Part shown: piece by piece, positions 49,296 through 58,838 of the stretch
How positions within the stretch are numbered: the first letter of the stretch is position 1
How the letters are laid out: each line of letters opens with the position of its first letter
Source of the DNA: an uncultured Spirochaetota bacterium
Lineage (GTDB): Bacteria; Spirochaetota; Spirochaetia; SZUA-6; Fen-1364
Assembly: GCA_963845535.1 (NCBI GenBank)
Contig: CAWJSK010000022.1
Location: forward strand, 22,148-86,147
Length of the DNA: 64,000 bases
Direction of reading: 5' to 3'
The notes under the pieces: model-generated
The model's database searches: none
Told to the model about the DNA's origin: nothing
The model's input: only the letters and a program-made list of their open reading frames with translations
Position numbers and translations under genes: made by a program

Positions 49296-51155
49296 TCAAC
49301 CAAACGTAAACGCAAACAACCGGACCTTCCCGCGCACGTCGAGGCGCAGGAGGTGCGGCCCCGCACGCTTCAGCCCCACCACCTGGTACATGCGGCTCTC
49401 CCGCGGTGAAAGGACGCCGTTGCTCACGTCCGCCGTATCCCCTCCCGGCTTTCCATCCACGCTGACGGCAATCTTCCCGTCGGGTCCGCCCGGCTCGATC
49501 ACCAGGAACACGTTCTTCGCGTTGAAGCCGAGCTGAAGGGTCCCTGACCCCTGAGGCACGACGTATTGCGGAGTGATTGTCCACTTCCCGGTGAGGTTCC
49601 ATTCCCCGTTCCCCGGAGCTTTGGCAGGAACGTAGTCCGCCGGCTTGTCAGGGACGGGAACGGTCGAGCTGGCAAACCCGCGGCCCCGGTCGTAGCCGAG
49701 GTACGTCTCCGGCGTGTTTGCCTCGATGTCCGGCGCCGCTTTCGACACGAGTCCGGCAACGTTGGCGCCTGCTTCCTTGAGGAGCGCCTGGATGACTTTC
49801 TCCGAAACGTCGTAGTCCCCTTCACCGAAGTGGAAATAGCGCACATGGCCTTTCGCATCGATGAAGTAGTGCGCCGGCCAGTACTGGTTGGAATATGCGT
49901 TCCACTGCTTGTAGTCGTTGTCCTGGACGACCGGCCAGTCGACGCCGAGGTCCTTGATGGCCTGGGCCACGTTGGCGCTCTTCATCTCGAACTCGAACTC
50001 CGGCGTGTGAACCCCAATGATCACCAGGCCGCGGCTTCGGTACGTGTCATACCATGCCCTGAGATACGGCAGGGTTCGGACGCAGTTGACGCAGCTGTAC
50101 GTCCAGAAGTCGATGAGGACGACCCTGCCCTGAAGGCTGCGCATGGTGAGGGGCGGAGATCCTCCGGCGGACGGCTGCCCTTCCATGGGAACCACGCCCT
50201 CAGTGTTGAACCACATCCCGTTGGTCACGATGCCGGGAGCGAGCCCGTAGTCTCCGAGCACTCCATTTTCAGGGGCGGCGTCCATTGCCCCTGAGAACAG
50301 CCTCTCACCGGAGGCGTTCGTTCGAACCCCGCCGGCCTGCTTTCCCGGGGCTCCCGGTTGGAACGTTCGCAGCGCGGTGCGCACCGAGGGCGCTTTCTCG
50401 ATGGCGGTCAGCCCGCTTCCATAGTTCGGGAAGGCCCGCAGGACGGCAGCCTGGAACCGCCTGTCCCAGCCGAACCCAATGGCCACGGCCATGACAATCA
50501 TGAGGACGCCGAAGCCTTTCTGGATGTTGGCGGTGTTCCTGGTGAGGGACGGCACGCGCGCCAGGAGCGCCCTGCCTCCCAGCATGACCGCCAGCATTGG
50601 TATTGACGTGCCGATCGTGTACGCCAGCGTGATGAACACGGAATTCCCGCTTACCTGCTGGGTCAGCGCCAGGCTGATGACGGAGGCCATGATGGGGCCC
50701 ACGCACGGGGTCCAGATCAACCCGAGGCTCAGGCCGACGACAATCCCGCTCCAGAAGCCGGCCAGTCGCGCCGCCTGGCCCGCCGCGGCCCCTGCGGCCC
50801 CGGGCTTTCCGGCCGCAACACTCGAGGTCGCGTTTCCCCGGCTCGCAATCCGGCTCGTGAGAAGCTCGAACCCGTTGCGCAGGCGCGGCACGAGCATGAC
50901 GATCCCGAAGAGCGCAATCAGCACCACCGCAACCACGCGCAACGCGTCAGCCGGGATGCCCAGCGCGCGCACTATGGCTGAAAGGGTCAGCGTGAAGACG
51001 GTGAAGCTGACCACGAATCCCGCCAGGACGCCGAAGGGGCGCGCTTTTCCACCGCCCACGCTGCCGGAGAGCACTATGGGAAGAACCGGGAGGATGCAGG
51101 GAGAGAGGATGGTGATGATTCCTGATACGAAGGCGAAGGCCAGGAGTACGAGCAT
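49296..51155 (-). CDS. dipZ: DipZ (CcdA/DsbD membrane domain fused to TlpA-like thioredoxin)
   Basis: LSPCILPVLP, WTPCVGP, DFWTYSCVNC.RT, GVHTPEF.FE, TPETYLG, FTFG C-terminus. Confidence 0.92.
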   Translation of the reverse strand: MLVLLAFAFVSGIITILSPCILPVLPIVLSGSVGGGKARPFGVLAGFVVSFTVFTLTLSAIVRALGIPADALRVVAVVLIALFGIVMLVPRLRNGFELLTSRIASRGNATSSVAAGKPGAAGAAAGQAARLAGFWSGIVVGLSLGLIWTPCVGPIMASVISLALTQQVSGNSVFITLAYTIGTSIPMLAVMLGGRALLARVPSLTRNTANIQKGFGVLMIVMAVAIGFGWDRRFQAAVLRAFPNYGSGLTAIEKAPSVRTALRTFQPGAPGKQAGGVRTNASGERLFSGAMDAAPENGVLGDYGLAPGIVTNGMWFNTEGVVPMEGQPSAGGSPPLTMRSLQGRVVLIDFWTYSCVNCVRTLPYLRAWYDTYRSRGLVIIGVHTPEFEFEMKSANVAQAIKDLGVDWPVVQDNDYKQWNAYSNQYWPAHYFIDAKGHVRYFHFGEGDYDVSEKVIQALLKEAGANVAGLVSKAAPDIEANTPETYLGYDRGRGFASSTVPVPDKPADYVPAKAPGNGEWNLTGKWTITPQYVVPQGSGTLQLGFNAKNVFLVIEPGGPDGKIAVSVDGKPGGDTADVSNGVLSPRESRMYQVVGLKRAGPHLLRLDVRGKVRLFAFTFG

Positions 51156-51166
51156 TCGAATATTCC

Positions 51167-51658
51167 CTACGACCGCACGATGTGGCTGACGATGTCATCA
51201 ACCCCCGCGCCGCCGCTCCTCCAGATCGCCTTTTCCATTCCCGAAGCGTCGATCTGCACGAAGGTGTCCTGGACGGTAATCCCGTACTTTGCTTTCAGGT
51301 CCGTTGCCGTGTCATAGTTGGCCACCACTACGGCGACGTCACCCAGCCGGCTGCCGTTGGCGTTGATGTCCTTGAGGTCTGCCTGGCAGTACGGGCACCA
51401 GTCCGCGGCAAAGAAAATCACCGTTGGCTGCCTGGCTGCCAGCGCTTCCGCGGCCGAAAGCGTCGTGAAGATCACTTTGGTGCCGGCGCTTTTTGCGAAG
51501 CGAAGCTGGCTGCCCACCACGGGGTCAGCTTTCATTGGGTTGGCGGACATCATGGTGGTTGAGTTTCCCGTGGAGTTGTTCGTGCTCATCATGCTTTGCC
51601 CGAAGGAAAGCGCGACGGCTCCCAGGAAAAGAAGGATAAGCAGGCTTGCTCGTTTCAT
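51167..51658 (-). CDS. exported thioredoxin-like protein with Met-rich N-terminus
   Basis: Signal peptide, FFAADWCPYC, KYGIT.Q.TFV; GGAGG RBS. Confidence 0.85.
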   Translation of the reverse strand: MKRASLLILLFLGAVALSFGQSMMSTNNSTGNSTTMMSANPMKADPVVGSQLRFAKSAGTKVIFTTLSAAEALAARQPTVIFFAADWCPYCQADLKDINANGSRLGDVAVVVANYDTATDLKAKYGITVQDTFVQIDASGMEKAIWRSGGAGVDDIVSHIVRS

Positions 51659-51789
51659 GTGTTCCTCCATATCAATCTACGATCTGGATCAGAAGGTCGG
51701 ATCAAGAGTTCACGGAAGTGTCACGGAAGGGTAAAAGACCTCACACCACCAATATAGTGAAACGAAGGGCCGGCGCCCGCTCGCGCAAC

Positions 51790-51821
51790 GAAGATGGGCC
51801 CCCGCGCGGGGGCCCATCTTC
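51790..51821. terminator. perfect 32-bp palindrome downstream of the MCP-SBP operon
   Basis: GAAGATGGGCCCCCGCGCGGGGGCCCATCTTC. Confidence 0.7.
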
Positions 51822-51843
51822 CAGCATCAACAGCGAGGGGCTG

Positions 51844-52596
51844 TTACTGATTGAGGTATTTGTTCACCAGCGCATCCATCGTGTGCGCGTTTTTCGAATT
51901 AACAGGGTCGTACCGCTTGAGGAAGGCCGTCGCCCTATCCGTCCTTGCAAACATGGTGTAGATGGGGTTCGGCGGAACGGGTAGCTGCAGGAACTTGAAC
52001 TTCCCCGAATAGCTCTTTGCAGCCTCATACTCCAGGCCTACCGTTGTCAGGTTGAACACCGCGTCAATGCGTTTGTTCGCAAGCTTTCTGAAGTCGTCCT
52101 GGATCCATGTGGCCGTGCTCATGTTGTCCCAGGTGATCTTCGCGTTCTTCATGAAGTCGATCACAGTCAGCCCTGTGGCGTAGCCGACCTTCATGCCGGC
52201 GACGTCATCCGCGCTTCGAATCGTGGAAAGCGGGTTTTCCTTCAACACGGCAAGCCCCGGCAGGAATTGCACGGTAGGCGTCATGGGAAACTGGTAGAGC
52301 TTTTCCCTTTCGGGGGTCTTCGCGGAAACGAGGATTGCGTCGATCTCGCCGCGTTTCAACTGCAGGAGAAGCCTTGGCAGCGCGGTGGGGCCTACCCATT
52401 CGACCTTCACGTTCATGGCAGGAGCCACAATCGCGGTCCAGTAGTCCACGGCCGCGCCGACAGGCGGGGCGCCTCCCGGCTGTGCAATGACAAATGGCGC
52501 GTTGTCCCAGTAGCCGATCCTGATGGTCTGTTGCGCTCCTGCCGCGGCCGTCACTCCCGCGAGCAGGATGACGAGGGTGAGAAATTTCTTGTTCAC
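51844..52596 (-). CDS. polar amino-acid-type solute-binding protein (family 3)
   Basis: Signal peptide, NAPF, R....LK.GEID, KTPEREK, L..KRIDA. Confidence 0.85.
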   Translation of the reverse strand: MNKKFLTLVILLAGVTAAAGAQQTIRIGYWDNAPFVIAQPGGAPPVGAAVDYWTAIVAPAMNVKVEWVGPTALPRLLLQLKRGEIDAILVSAKTPEREKLYQFPMTPTVQFLPGLAVLKENPLSTIRSADDVAGMKVGYATGLTVIDFMKNAKITWDNMSTATWIQDDFRKLANKRIDAVFNLTTVGLEYEAAKSYSGKFKFLQLPVPPNPIYTMFARTDRATAFLKRYDPVNSKNAHTMDALVNKYLNQ

Positions 52597-52605
52597 AGGT
52601 CCTCC

Positions 52606-54351
52606 TTAAGAAGTTGGGTCCTTGGGTCGATTCCCCACGCTCACGAGCAGCGTCGGCGCGGATGCGCCGACGGAATGCGATGCTGCGGGGACGAGGGCCG
52701 CCGGAGAATCCGTCTCCAGCGCGAATTGCTGAACCAGGTTGGTGAGCTGCTGTGCCAGCTTGGACAGCTCCACGGTGGCGGAGAACATCTGCCCGGCCGC
52801 CGTGGCTGCCTGTTGCGTGAGCTCGTTCACGTTCTCCACGGCAGAGGCGACCTGGCGGGCGTTCGTAGTCTGTTCCTCCGTGGCGGCGGAGATGCTGTGT
52901 GACATCTCGGTGATGTCGGTGGTGATGGCGGCGGCGTTGACAATCGATTCGATCTGCGAGTGGATGCGGCCGGAAAGCTCGTTGATGGCCTGATTGGTCT
53001 TTTGCGCGCCGCTGATGATCGCGTTCATTGCGCCAAGGGCGCCCTGGGCCACCTCCACGCCGTTGGTGACTATGGAGCCGCTTTCGTCGATCAGCTTCTG
53101 GATCTCACGGGTCGAAGAGGCGCTGCGCTCGGCGAGCTTGCTGACCTCCTGGGCCACCACGGCGAATCCCCGCCCGTGCTCCCCGGCCCGCGCGGCCTCG
53201 ATGGCGGCGTTCAGGGAGAGCAGGTTGGTCTGGTCTGCGATGTCGGAGATGACCGTGACAATGCCCCCGATCTGCTCCGCCTTCTTCGAGATCGCCTCGA
53301 TGGCCGTGACGGCTTTGTTGACCGCATCCACACCCGAATGGGCCATCTGGACTGACTCCTCGGAAGAGGCCGAAACGACTTTCAGTTTTTCGGAAACGGC
53401 CTCAGCCGAGCCTCGCACTTCCGTCATGGCAGCGGCGGTTTTCTCCACGGATTCCGCCTGGCTCTGCGCGTGCAGGGCCACCTGCTCGACGCTCGATGTC
53501 AGCTCCTCAACCGAGGCGCTTGTTTCCTCGAGCGTCGCCGCCTGGCTCTGGGAACCGGCGGAGAGCTGTTGGGAGCTCTCGGAGATCTGGATGCTGGACT
53601 TCGCGAGCTGATCAGCGGTCTCCCTGATCTTGACCACCATGCCGCGTAGCTGCGTGATCATCTCGTTGACCGCGTGGGCGAGGCTTCCCAGCTCGTCGCG
53701 CGAATGAAACGCAACGGTGCTGCCGAGGTTCCCGCGCGCAATGCGCTCCAGGGCGCCGTCGACGATCTTCAGAGGCCGCGCCACGAGGACTCGCGTAATG
53801 AAAAGCGTGGCAAGGGCCAAAAGGAGAATGACGATGACGGTGACCGCCGCCGTCTGCAGAAGTATGGACTTGAGCCCCGCCCTGATCGAGCGGTCGGAGA
53901 GGTAGACCTCGAGCTTCCCGATGGTCTTGTCCTGGTAGGTGACGTCGGCGCTCAAGTGCTTGGAGGCGATGGCGGCCATCCGTTGCCCTTCCTGGTCTGT
54001 CCAGGCAACCACGGCGCCTTTGGCGTCCCGCATCTTTCCCGACGTTCCCGAATCCGTGGTGACGACAATGGCTTGCACGTCGGAGTCCACCATTTCCAGG
54101 GAGACGGCGGAATCCACTGACGCCGGATCGATGTTCCACAACGGCGCGGAGAGGCTTGCCGGCAGCCGCTTGAGAAGCTGCTCCCCGCGCTGGCGCAGCG
54201 AGTCGTTGAGCCGGCGGGAGTCCTGCATGTAGGTGACGACGCCGTTCAGGCCCATGACTATCAGCACGACCACGAGTTGGACGAGGATGATTTTTGTCGA
54301 CAGCGAGCCACGGGCCCCAGTATTCGACGCCGCGGGCGCGTTCTGTTTCAT
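52606..54351 (-). CDS. methyl-accepting chemotaxis protein, paralog of 29045-30829
   Basis: Same architecture; shared [28 protein letters not shown]. Confidence 0.95.
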   Translation of the reverse strand: MKQNAPAASNTGARGSLSTKIILVQLVVVLIVMGLNGVVTYMQDSRRLNDSLRQRGEQLLKRLPASLSAPLWNIDPASVDSAVSLEMVDSDVQAIVVTTDSGTSGKMRDAKGAVVAWTDQEGQRMAAIASKHLSADVTYQDKTIGKLEVYLSDRSIRAGLKSILLQTAAVTVIVILLLALATLFITRVLVARPLKIVDGALERIARGNLGSTVAFHSRDELGSLAHAVNEMITQLRGMVVKIRETADQLAKSSIQISESSQQLSAGSQSQAATLEETSASVEELTSSVEQVALHAQSQAESVEKTAAAMTEVRGSAEAVSEKLKVVSASSEESVQMAHSGVDAVNKAVTAIEAISKKAEQIGGIVTVISDIADQTNLLSLNAAIEAARAGEHGRGFAVVAQEVSKLAERSASSTREIQKLIDESGSIVTNGVEVAQGALGAMNAIISGAQKTNQAINELSGRIHSQIESIVNAAAITTDITEMSHSISAATEEQTTNARQVASAVENVNELTQQAATAAGQMFSATVELSKLAQQLTNLVQQFALETDSPAALVPAASHSVGASAPTLLVSVGNRPKDPTS

Positions 54352-54545
54352 TGCGTCCCTTTCTATTGCGCTTGCTTTTTAGAGCGTTGAATTTTCCGAT
54401 AAACGTTCCGCTCTATAAACGTACGAACAGGTAGACCGTTCGTCATACTATTCGAATGCCGTGACGAATGCAAGCAAAATGTTGCTCTGCAGCGAAATAT
54501 CTAAAAGCTCTATTAATAATATTTCAACGGTGCTATATATACGGG

Positions 54546-55217
54546 ATGCATCCCAAGGGGAATGTGACACGGAAACGACCGGGGAAGCCGTCATCACGAG
54601 AAAGGATCATCCGGGCTGCGAGTGATTTGCTTGTCGACAACGGCTACTATGGCACGGGCTTGAACGAAATTGTCCGACTGGGCAAAGCGCCCAAAGGCTC
54701 GATCTATTACCATTTCCCCGGGGGCAAAGAGCAGATCGCGGAAGAAGCAATTCTCATGGCCGGACGGACTCTTGCCGAGCGCATTCGCGTCAGCCTGGTC
54801 AGGAAGAGGAATGCCGCCGAGGCTGTTCGGACCTTTGTCGACAGGATGTCATTCTTCGTGATGGCCTCAGGGTTTCGTTCCGGCGGCGCTCTGACGGTCA
54901 TAGCGTCCGAGACCGCTACCACCAGCAAAAAACTGAACGCACGCTGCCGTGAAGCCTATTCGCTGATCGCCGAAGCATTCACGGACAAGCTGCGCGAGTA
55001 TGGTTTTTCCGAGCCGCAGGCTGCCGCCTTGTCCACGGGCATCACGGCCGCGGTCGAAGGGGGCATCATCCTGAGCCGCACCTACCATTCACGCAAACCT
55101 CTTCGCGCCGTCGCGAAGCTTCTCGGTGACATGGTGGAAGCGCTGGACCCCGCGACAAAGGCGCCTGACCGTACGAGCACGGATTCGGGCTTTCAAAGTC
55201 TCACGCGCGCCACATAA
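54546..55217 (+). CDS. TetR-family regulator (LmrA/YxaF-like)
   Basis: GYYGTGLNEI.....APKGSIYYHFPGGKEQ, VEGGI.LSR. Confidence 0.9.
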   Translation: MHPKGNVTRKRPGKPSSRERIIRAASDLLVDNGYYGTGLNEIVRLGKAPKGSIYYHFPGGKEQIAEEAILMAGRTLAERIRVSLVRKRNAAEAVRTFVDRMSFFVMASGFRSGGALTVIASETATTSKKLNARCREAYSLIAEAFTDKLREYGFSEPQAAALSTGITAAVEGGIILSRTYHSRKPLRAVAKLLGDMVEALDPATKAPDRTSTDSGFQSLTRAT

Positions 55218-56110
55218 ATGCTTGTTTTCCCTTCATGGGAGGAGTAGTAGCTCACCCACAGCAGGCCGCCATGGAACACGAGGCCTGGGTAGCTGCAGTC
55301 CCCTCCGCTGGGAAGCAGGAGAACGGGACGCAGCGCTGTTCTGCTCATCCTGGCAACCACGGTGGCGGGCCCGCCGTTGCCGTACCGGCGGCACGCCGCC
55401 CACATCCGTCCATCAGGGTTGACTATGAAGTTGGGACCGCCAACCCTCATGCCGGCGGAGCGCCACTGCCAGAAGGAGTACGGGGGCGCGCTTGCGCCAA
55501 TCCAGGCAGCCGCGTCACCTCCTTCCCTTCTCAGAAGGGCAAGCGCCCTCCCGTCCTGCAGAAACCTGACAGTTGCTTCGTTCGGCTTGCCCGGCACGGA
55601 AAGCGGGGCCACCAGGGTGTAGCGGATCCCGTCAGCGCTCTCATGGAGGAAGACATCCCACGTCCTGGCGCCGCGGATGCGGTAGGAGATTCCATAGGCC
55701 CGCGAGTGAAACCAGGTTACCCGCCACAGCCAGTCTCCTTCGGAAAGGACGGGCTGCGGCCGGCTCCAGATGAGCCCGTCCTGTGAGAAAGCGACGCGCG
55801 GTTGCCGTTGTCCGCCGGCCGCGGCGCGCGCATACGTGCCCCCCATGAGCAGCATGAGCTTCTTGTCCGGCGTCAGGGAGAGCTTCGGGTCCCGCAAGTC
55901 GATGTCGTTCTCGGACAAGAGCGCCGCGCTGGCCCAGGCGGCGCCGTCGGTCGACTCCAGGATGCGCACCCTGCCTTCGGTGCCCGCGTGTCCGTCAGCT
56001 TCCCGAAACGCGCAGAACCAGCGGCTCTTGAAGCGGACAAGGTCCGTGAAGGCGTTGTGCGCGCCACGGTCCCAGATCTTGCGCACCGAGACGATGGACG
56101 GACCGCTCAT
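55193..56110 (-). CDS. exo-alpha-sialidase-like (BNR/Asp-box) protein
   Basis: HNAFTDL..F, FRE..GH, STDG..W, DLRDPKL, SQDG..W, WLWRVTW, GGDCSYPG, SYYSSHEG. Confidence 0.7.
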   Translation of the reverse strand: MSGPSIVSVRKIWDRGAHNAFTDLVRFKSRWFCAFREADGHAGTEGRVRILESTDGAAWASAALLSENDIDLRDPKLSLTPDKKLMLLMGGTYARAAAGGQRQPRVAFSQDGLIWSRPQPVLSEGDWLWRVTWFHSRAYGISYRIRGARTWDVFLHESADGIRYTLVAPLSVPGKPNEATVRFLQDGRALALLRREGGDAAAWIGASAPPYSFWQWRSAGMRVGGPNFIVNPDGRMWAACRRYGNGGPATVVARMSRTALRPVLLLPSGGDCSYPGLVFHGGLLWVSYYSSHEGKTSIYVARVRL

Positions 56111-56177
56111 GCCGGGATGGTAGCGTGCCGGCGGCGCCGCTTCAACAGCCGCCGGGGAAGCGTTATGATGGCGCCGC

Positions 56178-56792
56178 ATGAACAGTGGCGTCAGAATCGT
56201 CGGAATTGCGGGCGGCTCGGGCTCCGGGAAGACCACCATAGTCACGCGCATCACCGAGATCGTGCGCGACCATGCCCTCGTGGCTCAGGACAACTACTAC
56301 CGCTCCGCGGAATACCTCACCAACCGCACCATCACAGACTTCAACTTCGACCACCCGGACGCCTTCGACACCGACCTGCTCTTCGAGCAGCTACAGGCGC
56401 TGAAGTCAGGACGTCCCATCCGCATGCCGCAGTATGACTTTGTCCATCACCGCCGCCGGGACGACACGGTGCTCGTCGAGCCGCGCAGGCTCGTGATCTT
56501 CGAAGGGATCATGATCTATTTCGACAAGCGCGTCCGGGACCTCATTGACTTGAAGCTGTACGTGGACACCCCTGATGATATCCGCTTCATCAGGCGGCTT
56601 CGCCGCGACATCACCGAGCGCGGCCGAACGGTGGAGTCCGTGATTGCCCAGTACATGGAGAAGGTCCGGCCGGGGCATTATGAGTTCGTCGAGCCCACCA
56701 AAGCGTACGCTGATCTTGTCATCCCCGAAGGCGGGTTCAACGAACGCGCCATGGAAGCGCTCATTCCGTTCCTCCGCCAGATCGCCGGATAG
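56178..56792 (+). CDS. udk: uridine kinase
   Basis: GIAGGSGSGKTT, QDNYY, NFDHPDAFD, P.YDF..H.R, RR..RD..ERGR. Confidence 0.95.
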   Translation: MNSGVRIVGIAGGSGSGKTTIVTRITEIVRDHALVAQDNYYRSAEYLTNRTITDFNFDHPDAFDTDLLFEQLQALKSGRPIRMPQYDFVHHRRRDDTVLVEPRRLVIFEGIMIYFDKRVRDLIDLKLYVDTPDDIRFIRRLRRDITERGRTVESVIAQYMEKVRPGHYEFVEPTKAYADLVIPEGGFNERAMEALIPFLRQIAG

Positions 56793-56795
56793 CGC

Positions 56796-57596
56796 CTACG
56801 ATGCAGCGCTTCGAGCGATGCGGCCAAGAGTCACTCCCACGGGGCAGTGATCCGAGCCCTCCACGTTCGGGAGGATGAAAGCTTCGCACAACTCGGGCCG
56901 CAAGGATTTCGAGATGACGACATAGTCGATCCGCCACCCCACGTTGCGCTCCCGGGCGCGCGTGGCGAGGTTCCACCATGTGTAGTTGCCTCCCTCGGGA
57001 TGCAGCTCGCGGAAACTGTCCATGAATCCTGCCTCCAGGATGGCGGAAAAGCCGGCCCTTTCCTGGTCCGTGAAGCCGTGCGTATGGTGGTTTTCTTTTG
57101 GTCGGGCAAGGTCGATTTCTTCATGAGCCACGTTGATGTCTCCACAAAAGAGGACGGGCTTTCGACGCTCCAGCCGTTTGAGGAAACGCAAGAACGCTCC
57201 GTCCCACCCGCCGCGGTACGCAAGCCGTGAGAGGTCCCTGCGCGAGTTGGGCGTGTAGACGTTGACCACGAACAACTGCGGCAGCTCGAGGGTAAGCACT
57301 CGGCCCTCACGGTCATGCTCGGGCACGCCGATGCCGCGGCGCACCGAAAGCGGCTCAATGCAGGAGAAAGTTGCGGTGCCTGAATAGCCCGGCCGCTGCG
57401 CGGGAAACCAGTGCTGGTAGGGAAACGCCGCCAGGATCCGTCCGGCGTCGTCAGGGTCGGCCCGAGTCTCTTGCAGGCAGAGGACGTGCGGCTTTTCGGA
57501 ACCGAGGAAAGCCAGGCCATTTTTGCGAAGAATGGCGCGGATGCCATTGACGTTCCAGGAAATGAGCTTGACCGTGGCGGGCCTTGAGCGAGGCAT
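56796..57596 (-). CDS. xth: exodeoxyribonuclease III
   Basis: ISWNVNGIRA, LCLQET, GYSG, EGR, VYTPNS, CGD.NVAH, YTWW, GWRIDY, SDHCP. Confidence 0.95.
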   Translation of the reverse strand: MPRSRPATVKLISWNVNGIRAILRKNGLAFLGSEKPHVLCLQETRADPDDAGRILAAFPYQHWFPAQRPGYSGTATFSCIEPLSVRRGIGVPEHDREGRVLTLELPQLFVVNVYTPNSRRDLSRLAYRGGWDGAFLRFLKRLERRKPVLFCGDINVAHEEIDLARPKENHHTHGFTDQERAGFSAILEAGFMDSFRELHPEGGNYTWWNLATRARERNVGWRIDYVVISKSLRPELCEAFILPNVEGSDHCPVGVTLGRIARSAAS

Positions 57597-57621
57597 GAGG
57601 AGGGTGTTTCGCCTGCCCGGA

Positions 57622-58197
57622 TCAGCCGCGAGGTTTCTCAACGCCGCGGAGCCGCAGCGTCCAGGCTGCCAGGGCTTCCAGGAGCTGGTGGATCAGGTTC
57701 CTGGCCTTTTCATCCAGGAGGTTGCCGCTCGCGTCGAATGCCTGCGCCGCTTCACCTATCATGACCGCCGGTTTGTTGATGGGGTGCACGTCAATATTGG
57801 AAAAGATCTGGCGTAAATGGGCCTGAGCGCGGGCGGTTGCAGTCTTTCCAATGGAGGCCCCCATGATTGCCGCCGGCTTGCCAGCCCATGCGTTGTCCGT
57901 GGGCGGACGCGAAACCCAGTCGATGGCATTCTTCAGCGCGGCAGGCACGGAGAAGTTGTGCTCCGGGGTCACGAAAAGGATGGCGTCCGCGGCGCGTACA
58001 CGCTGCTTCAGCTCCTGGACCCTGGGCGGAGGGGAAAGCTCATTGTCCTGGTTGTAGAGCGGAATCCCTTCGAGGTCGAAAGTTTCTAGCACGACTCCCG
58101 GGGGCAAAAGCTGCCCGGCCGCGTTGAGCGCCGCCCTGTTGTAGGAGCTTTGCCGTAGGCTTCCTGCGATCCCGAGAATCTTCAATGGCTCCGCCAT
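57622..58197 (-). CDS. NADPH-dependent FMN reductase (ChrR-like)
   Basis: GSLR..SYN, VTPEHN.SVP..LKNAIDW.SRP, RAQ.HLRQ. Confidence 0.92.
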   Translation of the reverse strand: MAEPLKILGIAGSLRQSSYNRAALNAAGQLLPPGVVLETFDLEGIPLYNQDNELSPPPRVQELKQRVRAADAILFVTPEHNFSVPAALKNAIDWVSRPPTDNAWAGKPAAIMGASIGKTATARAQAHLRQIFSNIDVHPINKPAVMIGEAAQAFDASGNLLDEKARNLIHQLLEALAAWTLRLRGVEKPRG

Positions 58198-58251
58198 GGT
58201 GCACCCTCCCCTGGGCCAAAATAATACTCACGGGCGATGATGACGGGCGAT

Positions 58252-58277
58252 AAAAAAGGGGGCCGACCTGCCCCCTG
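58252..58277 (-). terminator. intrinsic terminator of the RRM gene
   Basis: GGGGGC-AGGTCG-GCCCCC followed by T6 on the minus strand. Confidence 0.75.
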
Positions 58278-58302
58278 GTTATTTCAAATCCGGCCTTTTG
58301 GT

Positions 58303-58593
58303 CTAGTATCTATCGCGGTATCCGCCGCCGCCGCCCGAGCGCTCTTCACGGGGCTTGGAGATGTTCACCGTGAGCTTGCGCCCTTCGTGCTGCGAGCCGT
58401 TGAGCGCCTGGATGGCCTTTTCGGCCTCTTCCACCGTGCCCATCTCGACAAAGCCGAAGCCGCGCGAGCGGTCCGTGTACTTGTCCGTGATCACCTTCGC
58501 GGATTCCACGGTCCCATGCTGGGCGAAAAGCTGCTGGAGCTGATCATCAGTCACGGAATAGGAAAGGCCGCCGACATAGAGTTTCTTGTTCAT
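58303..58593 (-). CDS. RRM RNA-binding protein
   Basis: KLYVGGL (RNP2), RSRGFGFVEM (RNP1), Gly-rich tail; AGGAGG RBS. Confidence 0.95.
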   Translation of the reverse strand: MNKKLYVGGLSYSVTDDQLQQLFAQHGTVESAKVITDKYTDRSRGFGFVEMGTVEEAEKAIQALNGSQHEGRKLTVNISKPREERSGGGGGYRDRY

Positions 58594-58838
58594 CTACTCC
58601 TCCTGGAGAGTTTTTATCATCGCCCTTCGAACACCGCACGAAAGGAGCAGCACAAGGGAGGATTCTTCATCTGGCACCGTTGTCTGGTCGGGAGTTCCTT
58701 CGGGGTAGCTCATGGAAGGTCCGAATGATTGGGCTTCTTGTCCTTCTGATTTGGCCTCACGAAGCCCTTGTCTTTTGAGGCCATCCGCAGACTATCCCAA
58801 TGCGCAAGAATGGTCAAGTGGGGGGCGCCATGGCCATG

